A stretch of DNA of 64,000 nucleotides from a virus, in IMG/VR virus record IMGVR_UViG_3300035670_000058, positions 1-64,000 of that record; one strand, 5' to 3'. The position numbers and the translations under genes were made by a program. Below the pieces are notes generated by a model. It did not search any database. It was not told the DNA's origin and saw nothing but the letters and a program-made list of their open reading frames with translations. Below, piece after piece: positions 38,225 to 47,517 of this stretch (its first letter is position 1; each line of letters opens with the position of its first letter).

Positions 38225-38764
38225 ATGGATACTGTGAACGAACTAGGTAAATCTCTTAATAAAATAGCCAAAAACGCTAAACAAGCCGTTGAAAAGCAGT
38301 CGGCTGAATACCCCATGACTGAAACAGTTCGTGATATCTTTGACAGCATTGTCGCATATAGGGCACACTTTTTTGTTCCAAGAAAAGGAATGAGTATTAC
38401 GACTGATCTTCAATTTGAATTACCGCCCCCATTGGGATCGGGTAATTGTTGTGGAGATTGTTTCTGTACTGCTTGTGAGGTATATTCAACATCTGATTTT
38501 GCTGACTACGTGGGGTATACTTCATATCCCTATTTACCGGGGACATTGAGAATAGTTGATTCCCATAAACCACTTAATTCAGCAGTAAATGAAACTGATC
38601 CCGCTTCTGGTATCTTTACCTTAGGGTATGATCCAGATACTTCAAGTAGTTCTTATGTTTTATATGCTTGTTATATCTATCAATATGATGGACATTGTAC
38701 TACAAATCCTACGGAACCAACAGAAGTTTTAATTTATGGTCAAGGAATGGCACAAATTTCATAA
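38225..38764 (+). CDS. tail tip protein, Cys-rich, paralogue of 37181..38224
   Basis: Shared NE.GK...E..RDIFD...DL.F..PPP..NC. Confidence 0.6.
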   Translation: MDTVNELGKSLNKIAKNAKQAVEKQSAEYPMTETVRDIFDSIVAYRAHFFVPRKGMSITTDLQFELPPPLGSGNCCGDCFCTACEVYSTSDFADYVGYTSYPYLPGTLRIVDSHKPLNSAVNETDPASGIFTLGYDPDTSSSSYVLYACYIYQYDGHCTTNPTEPTEVLIYGQGMAQIS

Positions 38765-38776
38765 GGAGGTGAAGGT

Positions 38777-38995
38777 ATGGCAGCAGTTTACCCTACAGGA
38801 ATACGGGTTTATATTGATGAAGAAGATGTTACGTATTGGATATTTGGTTCAGATACAATCGAAATCAATGATCTTGAGTATAGATTCCAAGGGATTGACC
38901 TATCCCCCTTCTGTGCAGAGCCGGGGGATCATAAATTAGAAATCACCTGTGATACAGGTGTTGGACGTGTTGAAGCGAGGATTCAAATAGAATGA
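38777..38995 (+). CDS. small beta-rich tail protein
   Basis: RBS AAGGAGGTG; YPTGIRVYID..DVT...GDHKLEI...GRVEA. Confidence 0.65.
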   Translation: MAAVYPTGIRVYIDEEDVTYWIFGSDTIEINDLEYRFQGIDLSPFCAEPGDHKLEITCDTGVGRVEARIQIE

Positions 38996-39291
38996 AAAGC
39001 GATGCATACGTATTATTCACGGCAGAGGCTGAAAAGGCACGACAAGCATACGCCCAAGGTAAACGGATAGCCAAGCCTACAACAAAACCACAGTATGAAC
39101 TACTAAATACTGTAAGTTTAGTTGAAGCAGTCCACTTTGCCCAGAAAAATGGCTGGAAAGATAAGAAAGTTCAAGTCAAATCTTTCAGAATCAACGATAC
39201 TGAGATGGAATATATCGTAGAACCCTTCGAAACGGACTGCAAGTGCCCCAATCTGCTACGCTATGACGATTATTTTGGTGGGGGAGAATAG
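38992..39291 (+). CDS. hypothetical protein
   Basis: ATGA coupling with the upstream gene. Confidence 0.6.
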   Translation: MKSDAYVLFTAEAEKARQAYAQGKRIAKPTTKPQYELLNTVSLVEAVHFAQKNGWKDKKVQVKSFRINDTEMEYIVEPFETDCKCPNLLRYDDYFGGGE

Positions 39292-39315
39292 ACACCTATA
39301 GTAAGGAGAAGGTTA

Positions 39316-40533
39316 GTGAAGATTTTCTATGTGGGGGATAGCCCCACAGTACCGACAGGATTTGGACAGGTGAGCAAGAATTTGCTCAGGCGTTTTATGG
39401 AACGGGGATACGAAGTCGAGGTTATGGGCATCAATAGTTTTGGTGAACCATATGACCGAGAAGAATTCCCCTATAATATCTGGCCGTGTGACAAGGGACC
39501 AATAGAGATGCTGTATGGCTACGCCAAAATGTGGCATATCGCCTCAAGGGTGAAGCCTGACATCATCTTCTTTTTGAATGATCCTTGGGTGATTGAACGC
39601 TACCTAGATCACAAGCCAGAAAGTTTTGCTGATGCCCATGTGAAATATATTGCATACTATCCGATTGACTCAGGACCGCTCAAGCCGCACTGGGCTAAGA
39701 TGCTTACTGAGAAGTTTGATGCACAGGTATGCTACTCTAATTTTGCTGAGCGCGTCATCATTGATGCCAACGAAGGAAAGAGGCCGGATAATCTGTACCA
39801 GATTTATCACGGTGTGGACACCAAGACATTCTTTCCTGTGGTGCAGGGACTCGCCCGTGCCAAGTTGGGACTTCCCCAAGATGATTTCATTGTAGGCATG
39901 GTGGCCCGCAACCAGTACAGAAAGCGCTTTGATATTTTGATAAAGGCTTTTGCTGAGTTTACAAAGAATAAAAAGAATGTACGCCTTTATCTGCACACAG
40001 CACTAGCCGATGTAGGGTTTGATATCCTTGATATTGCCAGACAATTCAACCTAGATGATAAACTTATTCTCACCGAGGATATGCGATTACCTGAGGGTGT
40101 ACCTGACTGGCAGTTGAATCTGATCTACAACACGTTTGATGTGAATGTTCTTCTAAGTTTAGGTGATGGATTTGGACTACCTGTAGCAGAGTCTATGGCC
40201 GTAGGATGTCCTCAACTTGTATCGGATCACTCCTGTTTGAAGGAGTTAGTAGACGGGCATGGTGGGTTAACTGTCAAGACTGCAACTTGGCTGCTCAATG
40301 TTTCAGGTATCAACACATGGGGTGGTGTACCTGATGTGGATGATGCTATTGCAAAGTTAGAATTACTCTACGATAATAGAGCTCTCCGTGTAAAGATGGC
40401 CGAGGATGCTTATCATTTCATTACGCAGGATAAGTTCAATTGGGATCATATTGCAGACCAATTTGATGAGGTCATCCGCAAGACGGCTCATATACTTCCC
40501 CGTACTTTGGCGGGGGTAGGAGCGGGTTACTAA
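39316..40533 (+). CDS. glycosyltransferase family 4 (GT-B)
   Basis: GDSPTVPTGFG, HGVD, VARNQYRK, GDGFGLPVAESMAVG. Confidence 0.92.
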   Translation: MKIFYVGDSPTVPTGFGQVSKNLLRRFMERGYEVEVMGINSFGEPYDREEFPYNIWPCDKGPIEMLYGYAKMWHIASRVKPDIIFFLNDPWVIERYLDHKPESFADAHVKYIAYYPIDSGPLKPHWAKMLTEKFDAQVCYSNFAERVIIDANEGKRPDNLYQIYHGVDTKTFFPVVQGLARAKLGLPQDDFIVGMVARNQYRKRFDILIKAFAEFTKNKKNVRLYLHTALADVGFDILDIARQFNLDDKLILTEDMRLPEGVPDWQLNLIYNTFDVNVLLSLGDGFGLPVAESMAVGCPQLVSDHSCLKELVDGHGGLTVKTATWLLNVSGINTWGGVPDVDDAIAKLELLYDNRALRVKMAEDAYHFITQDKFNWDHIADQFDEVIRKTAHILPRTLAGVGAGY

Positions 40534-41345
40534 TGTACCAGATTACGTGGAAGTCTTCACCCAACAAGTGGACAGGCAGGAGTGGGTACCAGCCTATTGC
40601 GATTGTTAATCACCGCATGGTTGGATACCTACCCGGTACTGATGCTACTTTTTTAAATCCTGATAACGATGTATCCGCACACTTTGGCATAGGCTATCGA
40701 ACAGCAGGGGGACCCGTTCGTATTTCTCAATACGTCGATTTGTCTGATAGTGCTTGGGCTAATGGAAACTATGATCCCTCAGGAGGATGGCCGCTAGTAA
40801 AAAAGACTGCGGCTGGAACAGTTATCAATCCTAACTACTATACTATCAGTATAGAGCATGAAGATGGTGGACCTAATGACGGTGTAGTAACCCAGGCTGT
40901 AAAGGATGCATCCTGCTGGCTACAAACTATCATGTTATCAGGTGATATAGATTTGATGCGCTACGTTGGTATAGCGATACGGGATGTGGCTACGGCTACA
41001 GCACTAAAGGCTCTACCGCCGGCGCAGGAAACAATCATTGATCACAATAGAATATCAGGTAAACTTAAGCCCTACTGCTGGCGACCGTACAAGAATGATA
41101 CGGGCGGATTTCCAGCATGGCAACCAACGTTAATTAAACAATTACGAGGAAGCGAAATGGCAATACAGGACACTCTAGCACTGCTGGAGCAACAGATCAC
41201 AGAGTTGGAGAACCAGCGCAACGCTGCTGTTCTTGAGGCAGCACAGTCTAAAAGTAAACTTGACTCAGCAAAGATAATGGCTGATCAAATTGATATCAAG
41301 TCATCTGAAATTAACAGTCTTGCCAAGCAGATCAAGGCTTTATAA
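40533..41345 (+). CDS. endolysin, N-acetylmuramoyl-L-alanine amidase (Amidase_2) with C-terminal coiled coil
   Basis: IVNH, SAHF, AWANG, ISIEHE, H...C Zn ligands. Confidence 0.85.
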   Translation: MYQITWKSSPNKWTGRSGYQPIAIVNHRMVGYLPGTDATFLNPDNDVSAHFGIGYRTAGGPVRISQYVDLSDSAWANGNYDPSGGWPLVKKTAAGTVINPNYYTISIEHEDGGPNDGVVTQAVKDASCWLQTIMLSGDIDLMRYVGIAIRDVATATALKALPPAQETIIDHNRISGKLKPYCWRPYKNDTGGFPAWQPTLIKQLRGSEMAIQDTLALLEQQITELENQRNAAVLEAAQSKSKLDSAKIMADQIDIKSSEINSLAKQIKAL

Positions 41346-41359
41346 GGGGGTGATGATAG

Positions 41360-41992
41360 TTGGCTTTACCGCACACAAAGAATATCTTTGACTATCCGCC
41401 CCGGTTTCAATTCGGGCAATCAGGGGCACCGTGCAACGGTCAATCATGTTGCACAGATACTTGTATCCAGATGATAGTAGATTTCTACAAGGATGATCAC
41501 AACTCCTTGGCAGAGATTCGACGCAAGGCACAGAATAAATATGCATTCGATGAGCGTCCATGCACTGGCATCAACCACCTTGAAGCGCTTAATGCACTAT
41601 CCCAGTATGGCTTAGGACATTACAAAGCTGGCTTCGGTGTTGATGCCGGCGATGTATGGAATTATGTTGCTACTGGACCTGTACTTGTAGGTGTCTGGTA
41701 CGGAAGTTATCCGAATGAGCATGGATATTGTGGTGGGATAAAAGCAGAATACGAGGGCAGAACTGACTGTGGATTCAGAGGAACCCATGCTGTTCTTGCA
41801 ATAGGGCGACGTTGGCATAACGGGCATCGTGATATCTATGTACGTGACCCAGATCATAACTCTCCGTCACGACCAGAGCGACCCAAGTATGATATCGTTC
41901 GTCTTCCTGACTTGAATAGAGCAATGCGGAATATTGTTCCGTATTCACCATTCACGAATACTTATGCAATTTACCCTACACGAAGAAAATAG
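41360..41992 (+). CDS. papain-like peptidase (C39-like)
   Basis: Q...CCTDTCIQM (Cys), THAVLAIG (His), YVRDP (Asp). Confidence 0.75.
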   Translation: MALPHTKNIFDYPPRFQFGQSGAPCNGQSCCTDTCIQMIVDFYKDDHNSLAEIRRKAQNKYAFDERPCTGINHLEALNALSQYGLGHYKAGFGVDAGDVWNYVATGPVLVGVWYGSYPNEHGYCGGIKAEYEGRTDCGFRGTHAVLAIGRRWHNGHRDIYVRDPDHNSPSRPERPKYDIVRLPDLNRAMRNIVPYSPFTNTYAIYPTRRK

Positions 41993-42001
41993 GAGGTTAT
42001 T

Positions 42002-42286
42002 ATGTCATTGTTTGGTTGGCTAGAAAAGATTCCTTTCTGGCGTGATCTACCGTACCCAACAAAAGGAGCGCTGCTACGAGCCATGAAGGCTGCACTGTCA
42101 GTGTTTGTTGGTGTCTTGGTTGCAGCTTTAGCTCAGGGGATTCTTCTTCCACCTGAGTCAAGTCCTTGGATTGTTCTCATTGTTACTGCTGTATTGCAGG
42201 GTGTTGATAAATTCTTGCGCGAGCAGCAAATTGCAGCAGAGGCGGATGCAAATCCCGGTCCTCTCACAGATAATCCCACTCCGTAA
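42002..42286 (+). CDS. holin
   Basis: Two TM helices; DKFLRE motif; ends the lysis cassette. Confidence 0.75.
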   Translation: MSLFGWLEKIPFWRDLPYPTKGALLRAMKAALSVFVGVLVAALAQGILLPPESSPWIVLIVTAVLQGVDKFLREQQIAAEADANPGPLTDNPTP

Positions 42287-42298
42287 GATGGAGACTAC

Positions 42299-42345
42299 AA
42301 CGGGGCTGAGTGCTTTGTCCACTTGGCCCCGTTTTTTTTCTTTTT
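42299..42345 (+). terminator. terminator ending the late operon
   Basis: CGGGGCTGAGTG...CACTTGGCCCCG followed by T8. Confidence 0.85.
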
Positions 42346-42348
42346 GAC

Positions 42349-42378
42349 TTGAACCTAGGGGGTCCAACTCGTTATAAT
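42349..42378 (+). promoter_or_regulatory. promoter TTGAAC-N18-TATAAT
   Basis: Consensus -10; shared TTGAACCTA. Confidence 0.7.
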
Positions 42379-42381
42379 ATT

Positions 42382-42417
42382 TAGAGTATATAGAGTATGT
42401 ATAGTATATACTCTATA
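42382..42417. repeat. tandem 9-mers TAGAGTATA/TAGAGTATG/TATAGTATA plus an inverted copy
   Basis: Read directly from the sequence. Confidence 0.6.
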
Positions 42418-42464
42418 ATGCTCAGAGCATAAGGAGTGGTGCCGTTGCACGAATCTAGTCCGAT

Positions 42465-42494
42465 TTGAACCTAGCAAGCACGTTTTGCTACTTT
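42465..42494 (+). promoter_or_regulatory. promoter TTGAAC-N18-TACTTT (TG extended)
   Basis: Third TTGAACCTA copy. Confidence 0.55.
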
Positions 42495-42507
42495 AACCCT
42501 AAGCCCA

Positions 42508-42993
42508 TTGTCCCGGCTGTCGGGACAGGCCAAGTATAGCACACAGGAGGCCAGATATCTGGATGATGACGTAGACATTTATAAGACCTGTGTTTTGTGC
42601 AATCTCTCAAAGACCTTGGATGATTTCCACCGCGCAAAGCGAAACAAGTACGGTCGGCGCAACTACTGCAAAGAATGCGACCGAAAGGTTAGAGATAAGA
42701 AAATTATCCTACCTCCCCGTGGTGAGCAAACACCCTATACAAAGGAACAGAAGAAAGATTGGAATCTTAAGCGTTCCTATGGGATTACACTAGACCAGTT
42801 TAAAGCAATGAGTTTATCCCAACAACACAAGTGCGCAATATGTCTTGAAGAAAAGAAACTTTATGTAGATCACGATCACTCAACAGGCGAAGTCAGAGCA
42901 TTGCTCTGTAATACTTGTAATAGAGCCTTAGGTTTTCTACATGAGGATATAGACCTTATGCAACGCGCCATACAGTATATAAGGAGTTTTTAA
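42508..42993 (+). CDS. endonuclease VII-like nuclease
   Basis: YGITL...CAIC...VDHDHSTG.VRALLCNTCNRALG. Confidence 0.9.
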   Translation: MSRLSGQAKYSTQEARYLDDDVDIYKTCVLCNLSKTLDDFHRAKRNKYGRRNYCKECDRKVRDKKIILPPRGEQTPYTKEQKKDWNLKRSYGITLDQFKAMSLSQQHKCAICLEEKKLYVDHDHSTGEVRALLCNTCNRALGFLHEDIDLMQRAIQYIRSF

Positions 42994-43728
42994 ATGCCGT
43001 TCTCTGAAGAGCCTAGAACATATAGTGAGACTAGAAATCGTACCAGCACTAGTTACGTTAAGTTTTCTCCTGATTACCGAGTAGTTCTGAGGATTCTTGA
43101 TAATAGAGCGAAAGTAATCTGGAAGCATTGGCTTCCTATGGCAAATGGCGGCAAGGGATTTGCTGTCAATTGCCCTAACACTTCATCTCAGGTACGTCCT
43201 TGCCCCATCGAGAAGATGCTGGAAGGACTTGCTCAGGATGACCCCAAGCGAAGGGAGTTAGGCTCACGCAGACGCTTTGTCGTCAACGTGCTGGATCGCA
43301 CCCCGCATACCGTTTGTGATTCCTGCGGGAATACTACCCCCGGTAAGAAGTGTCAGTTCTGCAAGGCTGATGTTTCTAAGAATGAGTTTGTTCCGCTCAA
43401 CAAGGTCAAGATTCTTGAGGGTGGACCTGAGTTGTTCAACAAGACTCTTAACCCGATTGAGAAGATGTATGTCGAGGATCATGGTGTCAACATTGATGCT
43501 TATGATCTTGTCTTTATGACGCAGGGTGTTGGTCGTGATCGTCAGATTGCTGCTAATCCTCTGAAGGTTGAGGAGTTGCCTGAGGAGGCATTCCTTGATG
43601 AGAATGGTGAGCGCCAGAAGTTGTTTGATCTGGAGATGCTTGCTGAGCCTACCAGCATCGAAGAGATTGATATGTACCTTGCTGGTGCAACAATCAAGGA
43701 AGTCAATGACGCCCGTGGGGTGAAGTAG
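42994..43728 (+). CDS. single-stranded DNA-binding protein (gp32-like) with Zn ribbon
   Basis: LRIL..H..VNCP..CPI..RRFVVNVLDR..VKILE pattern; acidic tail. Confidence 0.65.
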   Translation: MPFSEEPRTYSETRNRTSTSYVKFSPDYRVVLRILDNRAKVIWKHWLPMANGGKGFAVNCPNTSSQVRPCPIEKMLEGLAQDDPKRRELGSRRRFVVNVLDRTPHTVCDSCGNTTPGKKCQFCKADVSKNEFVPLNKVKILEGGPELFNKTLNPIEKMYVEDHGVNIDAYDLVFMTQGVGRDRQIAANPLKVEELPEEAFLDENGERQKLFDLEMLAEPTSIEEIDMYLAGATIKEVNDARGVK

Positions 43729-44181
43729 ATGGGGGTTGATTGGGATGCTCATCTAGTATTTGGATACGATCTAGGATTTCCTGATGAGGTTATACCCTAC
43801 GACGAAGAGCCATCTTGGTATGATCCTGAAGATGATGATTTACACCAGCAGTTGAATGATGCTTTGCTAGATAAACTTGCAGGATTCTCAGATAAATGGA
43901 CTAGGGAGGATACAAGTTACTGGGAACGAAGGAGCAGAGCAGAGGCTAAAATAGGCGTTGAAATATGGAATTATTGCTCGCTCTATGAGCGTGATTCCGC
44001 AGGACTTATTCTTGGGACTAAAGGATATCGAGCCTCAGAGGATGAGGTTGCAGAGATTACATCCGAAGACCTTGTTATTGATCCTGAATGGATTGAAAGG
44101 TTGGATAATGCGATTGCTGCCCTTGGTTTGAAGCCTAAGAATAGTAAACCCGCGTGGCTACTGTGCGCTTTAATGAGTTAA
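43729..44181 (+). CDS. acidic hypothetical protein
   Basis: MGVD.DAHLVFGY...PAWLL; abuts the upstream stop. Confidence 0.7.
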   Translation: MGVDWDAHLVFGYDLGFPDEVIPYDEEPSWYDPEDDDLHQQLNDALLDKLAGFSDKWTREDTSYWERRSRAEAKIGVEIWNYCSLYERDSAGLILGTKGYRASEDEVAEITSEDLVIDPEWIERLDNAIAALGLKPKNSKPAWLLCALMS

Positions 44182-44191
44182 ATATGGAGGA

Positions 44192-44557
44192 TTGATGGAG
44201 CAAGCGAAGCCCCTCTCACGATGGCGCTTCGAATTGCAGTCCATAGGAAAGCGACACTGGCCGGTATTCTACAGGGAATTCCTTGGAGTACCGGCCTCTT
44301 CCATTCCTAGGCTGTATAAGGCTCTGAATAACTACGGATTCTGGCCTTTGTTTGAAGCCATTGTGGAGTCAAGTGATAGAGAGTTAACCGGCGATCCCCT
44401 CAACTATGTGATCGCTGTAGCAAAAAATAAGTGGAAGGAAAAGGAACAGGAAAGCGAGACAGACGAAGCCTATCTGTCAGAGATTGATGCGGCTAAACGC
44501 CACAGCCAGCAGCGTAATGAGGAGTTGGCGCGCAAGTTGAAGAAGGTGAAAAAATGA
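44192..44557 (+). CDS. putative replication initiator/helicase-loader-like protein
   Basis: PLNYVIAVAKNKW resembles a DnaD-like C-terminal motif; near dnaB. Confidence 0.4.
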   Translation: MMEQAKPLSRWRFELQSIGKRHWPVFYREFLGVPASSIPRLYKALNNYGFWPLFEAIVESSDRELTGDPLNYVIAVAKNKWKEKEQESETDEAYLSEIDAAKRHSQQRNEELARKLKKVKK

Positions 44558-44636
44558 ACGAGAGTCTGTGGTGGATTGTCATGTTCTTTGTGTTTGTAGG
44601 ATTAGCCAATCTAATGGCTGCTTTAGGAAAACCTAA

Positions 44637-45320
44637 ATGAGATTGCTTGATTTGTATTGTGGAGCGGGGCTGGCGGCAGATGGTTATGCTGCACTAGGAT
44701 TTGAAATTACTGGTGTGGATATACGACCCCAGCCCCACTATCCGTATGAGTTTATTCAAGGGGATGCCTTAGAGTATCTAAGGACTACTGACTTGAGTCA
44801 GTATGACATTATCCATGCCTCCCCGCCATGTCAGTTGTTTACAAGAGCAAAGCATCTGCGCACAGCGCAGGGTAGCAAAGCAAAAGAAAAGATTGACTTG
44901 CTAACACCTACTTTAAGCGTGCTTGCTGATCTCCCTATTCCTTGGGTAGTAGAAAATGTGGAGGGTGCCAAGAGCATTATGCCCTCCGATAGCGTGCGCT
45001 TATGTGGGTCCTACTTCCGTCTTGATGTGCAACGCCATAGGTTATTTGCTTCCAACATGGAAATCATTGGGACTCCTTGTGAGCATTGGAGATTTCCTAT
45101 TGATAGGGAGAGCCTGAGGCCACGACCTTGGGGAGTGTATCACGTACCGGGTGACTCTATCCCTAAGGGTGGACGAACAGCAAGAGATGCTGCCCATGCA
45201 CAGGAATTGATGGGGGTTGAACGTAACCTTCCTTGGGATTCCCTCAAAGAAGGATTCCCTCCTGCTTATACTTCATGGATAGGTGCATGGATTATTACTA
45301 ATCATTACTTGGGAGGTTAG
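44637..45320 (+). CDS. C5-cytosine DNA methyltransferase (short type)
   Basis: LDLYCGAG, HASPPCQ, VENV, RHRLF, EGFPPAY. Confidence 0.88.
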   Translation: MRLLDLYCGAGLAADGYAALGFEITGVDIRPQPHYPYEFIQGDALEYLRTTDLSQYDIIHASPPCQLFTRAKHLRTAQGSKAKEKIDLLTPTLSVLADLPIPWVVENVEGAKSIMPSDSVRLCGSYFRLDVQRHRLFASNMEIIGTPCEHWRFPIDRESLRPRPWGVYHVPGDSIPKGGRTARDAAHAQELMGVERNLPWDSLKEGFPPAYTSWIGAWIITNHYLGG

Positions 45321-46628
45321 ATGACGAATCTAGTACCCTTTAACGAGGATTTTGAACGCGCAGTAATCATTGCGGTTCTCTCTGACCCGATGCTTCTGCC
45401 TAGGGTCAATCAAATAATCAACGCTGATGATTTCTTCAAGTCACAGAACAAGGAGATTTTTTCAGCCATCGAAGAAGTCGGGGTGGATAACCTTGACTCT
45501 CTTACTGTTGAAGATAAATTAAAGTCCGATACCAAGGACTACTTCAAGAATCTAGTTGAGGATTCCAGCCGCTATCTGCCCAGCATGAGCAACATCATGT
45601 ACTACGCCGATACTATCAAGGGCAAGGCAAGGATGCGGGCAGGAATTGATCTTGGTAGAGATATTGTAACGCTCTGCTATAACCCAGAGATGGATGCTGA
45701 TGATGCAATGCATCAGTTGGAGCAGAAATTCTCTACCTTCTTGCAGCAGAAGGTGCTTGACAATGTAACTGAATCAAGCACAGAAGCATTCAAAGAATTC
45801 TATGCCAACCTAGGCAAGCATGCCTATGATCCCAAGGCTGTGACGACTGGCTATCAGGCTATTGATCTGATGCTGCACAGACTTGAAGGATTGATTGTAT
45901 TGGCTGCACGCCCAAGCGTAGGCAAGACGGCACTTGCAATCAACATCACTCGCAACGTTGCTGAGAAGCACAAGGTCTTGTTCTTTTCACTAGAACAAAC
46001 CAGAGAGCAAATCTTTGAGAGAATGCTCTCAATTGAGAGCGAAGTAAACCTTGAGGACATACGCACAGGAGCCTTCCTAGCCAGTCCACAAGACACGCAG
46101 AGGCTCGATAGGGCCAAGGATAGTCTCTTGGTAGCCCTAGAGAATATTCATGTTGATGAACAACCGGAAATCCCTACGTCATATATCTCTAGCGTAGCAC
46201 GCCAGAAGAAATATGAATGGGGGGAGATTGGATTAATTGTAATTGACTATCTGCATATTGTTAAACTGAATAACAAACAGGTAGTTGATGCGCTGGGTGA
46301 TGCCACCAAGGAGATTAGAGCCTTGGGCAAGGAGTTAGGATGCCCAGTTATTCTATTGGCACAGCTTAAAAGATTAGATACTAACGATGCTAGCGGTAAG
46401 AGAAAGGCAAATCGTAGGCCCGACCTAACCGATCTACGCTCATCTGGAGAGATCGAACAGTCAGCAGATGTGGTTATTTTCCTGCATAGAGAGTCATATT
46501 ATGAGCAAGCAGGACTAGCCCCAGATAATGATGTAGTAGAGGTTATTGTAAAGAAGCACAGAAATGGCCGGCAAGGAATTGCTACCCTTCAATGGCTTCC
46601 ACAGTATGTTAAGTTTAAAGACTTATAG
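45321..46628 (+). CDS. dnaB: replicative helicase DnaB
   Basis: AARPSVGKT, FSLE, IDYL, LAQL, DLRSSGEIEQSAD, KHRNG. Confidence 0.95.
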   Translation: MTNLVPFNEDFERAVIIAVLSDPMLLPRVNQIINADDFFKSQNKEIFSAIEEVGVDNLDSLTVEDKLKSDTKDYFKNLVEDSSRYLPSMSNIMYYADTIKGKARMRAGIDLGRDIVTLCYNPEMDADDAMHQLEQKFSTFLQQKVLDNVTESSTEAFKEFYANLGKHAYDPKAVTTGYQAIDLMLHRLEGLIVLAARPSVGKTALAINITRNVAEKHKVLFFSLEQTREQIFERMLSIESEVNLEDIRTGAFLASPQDTQRLDRAKDSLLVALENIHVDEQPEIPTSYISSVARQKKYEWGEIGLIVIDYLHIVKLNNKQVVDALGDATKEIRALGKELGCPVILLAQLKRLDTNDASGKRKANRRPDLTDLRSSGEIEQSADVVIFLHRESYYEQAGLAPDNDVVEVIVKKHRNGRQGIATLQWLPQYVKFKDL

Positions 46629-46638
46629 TAGGTGATCT

Positions 46639-46854
46639 ATGGTGGATAAAGAGTTTAAATTATATGATGAAGCTCCAGGATTTTGGTTATATATTGCCCT
46701 GTCTCTTGCTGCTGATGTGAGCGAAAATCCACTGTTATCTGCTAAGAGTCCTTACAGTAAATTAGAGCGGTATAAGTACGATCTTTATACCACTTTCAAG
46801 GAAGCGGCTGAATCATATAATAAGCGCTCCAAGCGAGGTAAATACATTGGGTAG
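46639..46854 (+). CDS. hypothetical protein
   Basis: RBS AGGTG. Confidence 0.55.
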   Translation: MVDKEFKLYDEAPGFWLYIALSLAADVSENPLLSAKSPYSKLERYKYDLYTTFKEAAESYNKRSKRGKYIG

Positions 46855-47491
46855 ACTAGTAAATTCAAAGAGGAAATTCGTATGCACTAAATGTCAAGGA
46901 CAGCAGATGGTATGGGAGGGGAAGTGCCGGTCATGCACGGCTATTGGTACGCTGGAGGAAGTGAATCTGACAAATGTACGGACAAAGAGTACCGAAACAA
47001 ACGAGCAGCGACGGCTTAGACGACGCTCTAAGGATTCTGAGAGAGGAATTGCTAAGCGAATGGTCGCAGCAGATGGACCCGATCCATCCTTTAGTAAGAT
47101 CGCTTCTAGCACGGGGCGTATTGGGCATATATCTAACATACGTGTTGATGCTGTTAGTAGAACCTACGTAACAGAGAATAAGAACAGGAAGATGCCTACG
47201 TGGCTGATTCAAGCGTGGGTACTAATTAATCAGAGGGGTGAAGATTTCCAGAAGAACGTGCTTCTGCACATTGATCCGCCCAACATGCCCAGAGATTATC
47301 AGTCTCAGGGTATGAAAAAGAAACTGGACACGATGGCAATCATCACGCAGTCTCGCCATGAAGAATTGATCCGCAAAGAAAAGGCTCTAGGTGAGTTGGA
47401 AAAGATTCTTTTTACCGATGTGAAGGACGCTGCCAAACTGGAACAGGCCCAGAATTTGTTCATCTATGATGAATTGGACAAGACGCCTTGA
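46847..47491 (+). CDS. RadA-type Zn ribbon fused to a PD-(D/E)xK (Hjc-like) nuclease
   Basis: FVCTKC..WEGKCRSC; ERGIAK...DAV...ENK. Confidence 0.6.
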   Translation: MGRLVNSKRKFVCTKCQGQQMVWEGKCRSCTAIGTLEEVNLTNVRTKSTETNEQRRLRRRSKDSERGIAKRMVAADGPDPSFSKIASSTGRIGHISNIRVDAVSRTYVTENKNRKMPTWLIQAWVLINQRGEDFQKNVLLHIDPPNMPRDYQSQGMKKKLDTMAIITQSRHEELIRKEKALGELEKILFTDVKDAAKLEQAQNLFIYDELDKTP

Positions 47492-47517
47492 CCCTCGGGA
47501 GGGCAGATTAGTACAAT
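47488..47517 (+). promoter_or_regulatory. promoter TTGACC-N18-TACAAT
   Basis: Near-consensus boxes; the CCCTC/GAGGG inverted repeat spans the end of -35 and the spacer. Confidence 0.6.

Noticed and set aside
37181-38764. Diversity-generating retroelement acting on the tail-tip genes
   Set aside because: No reverse transcriptase is present and no near-identical TR/VR nucleotide pair was seen.
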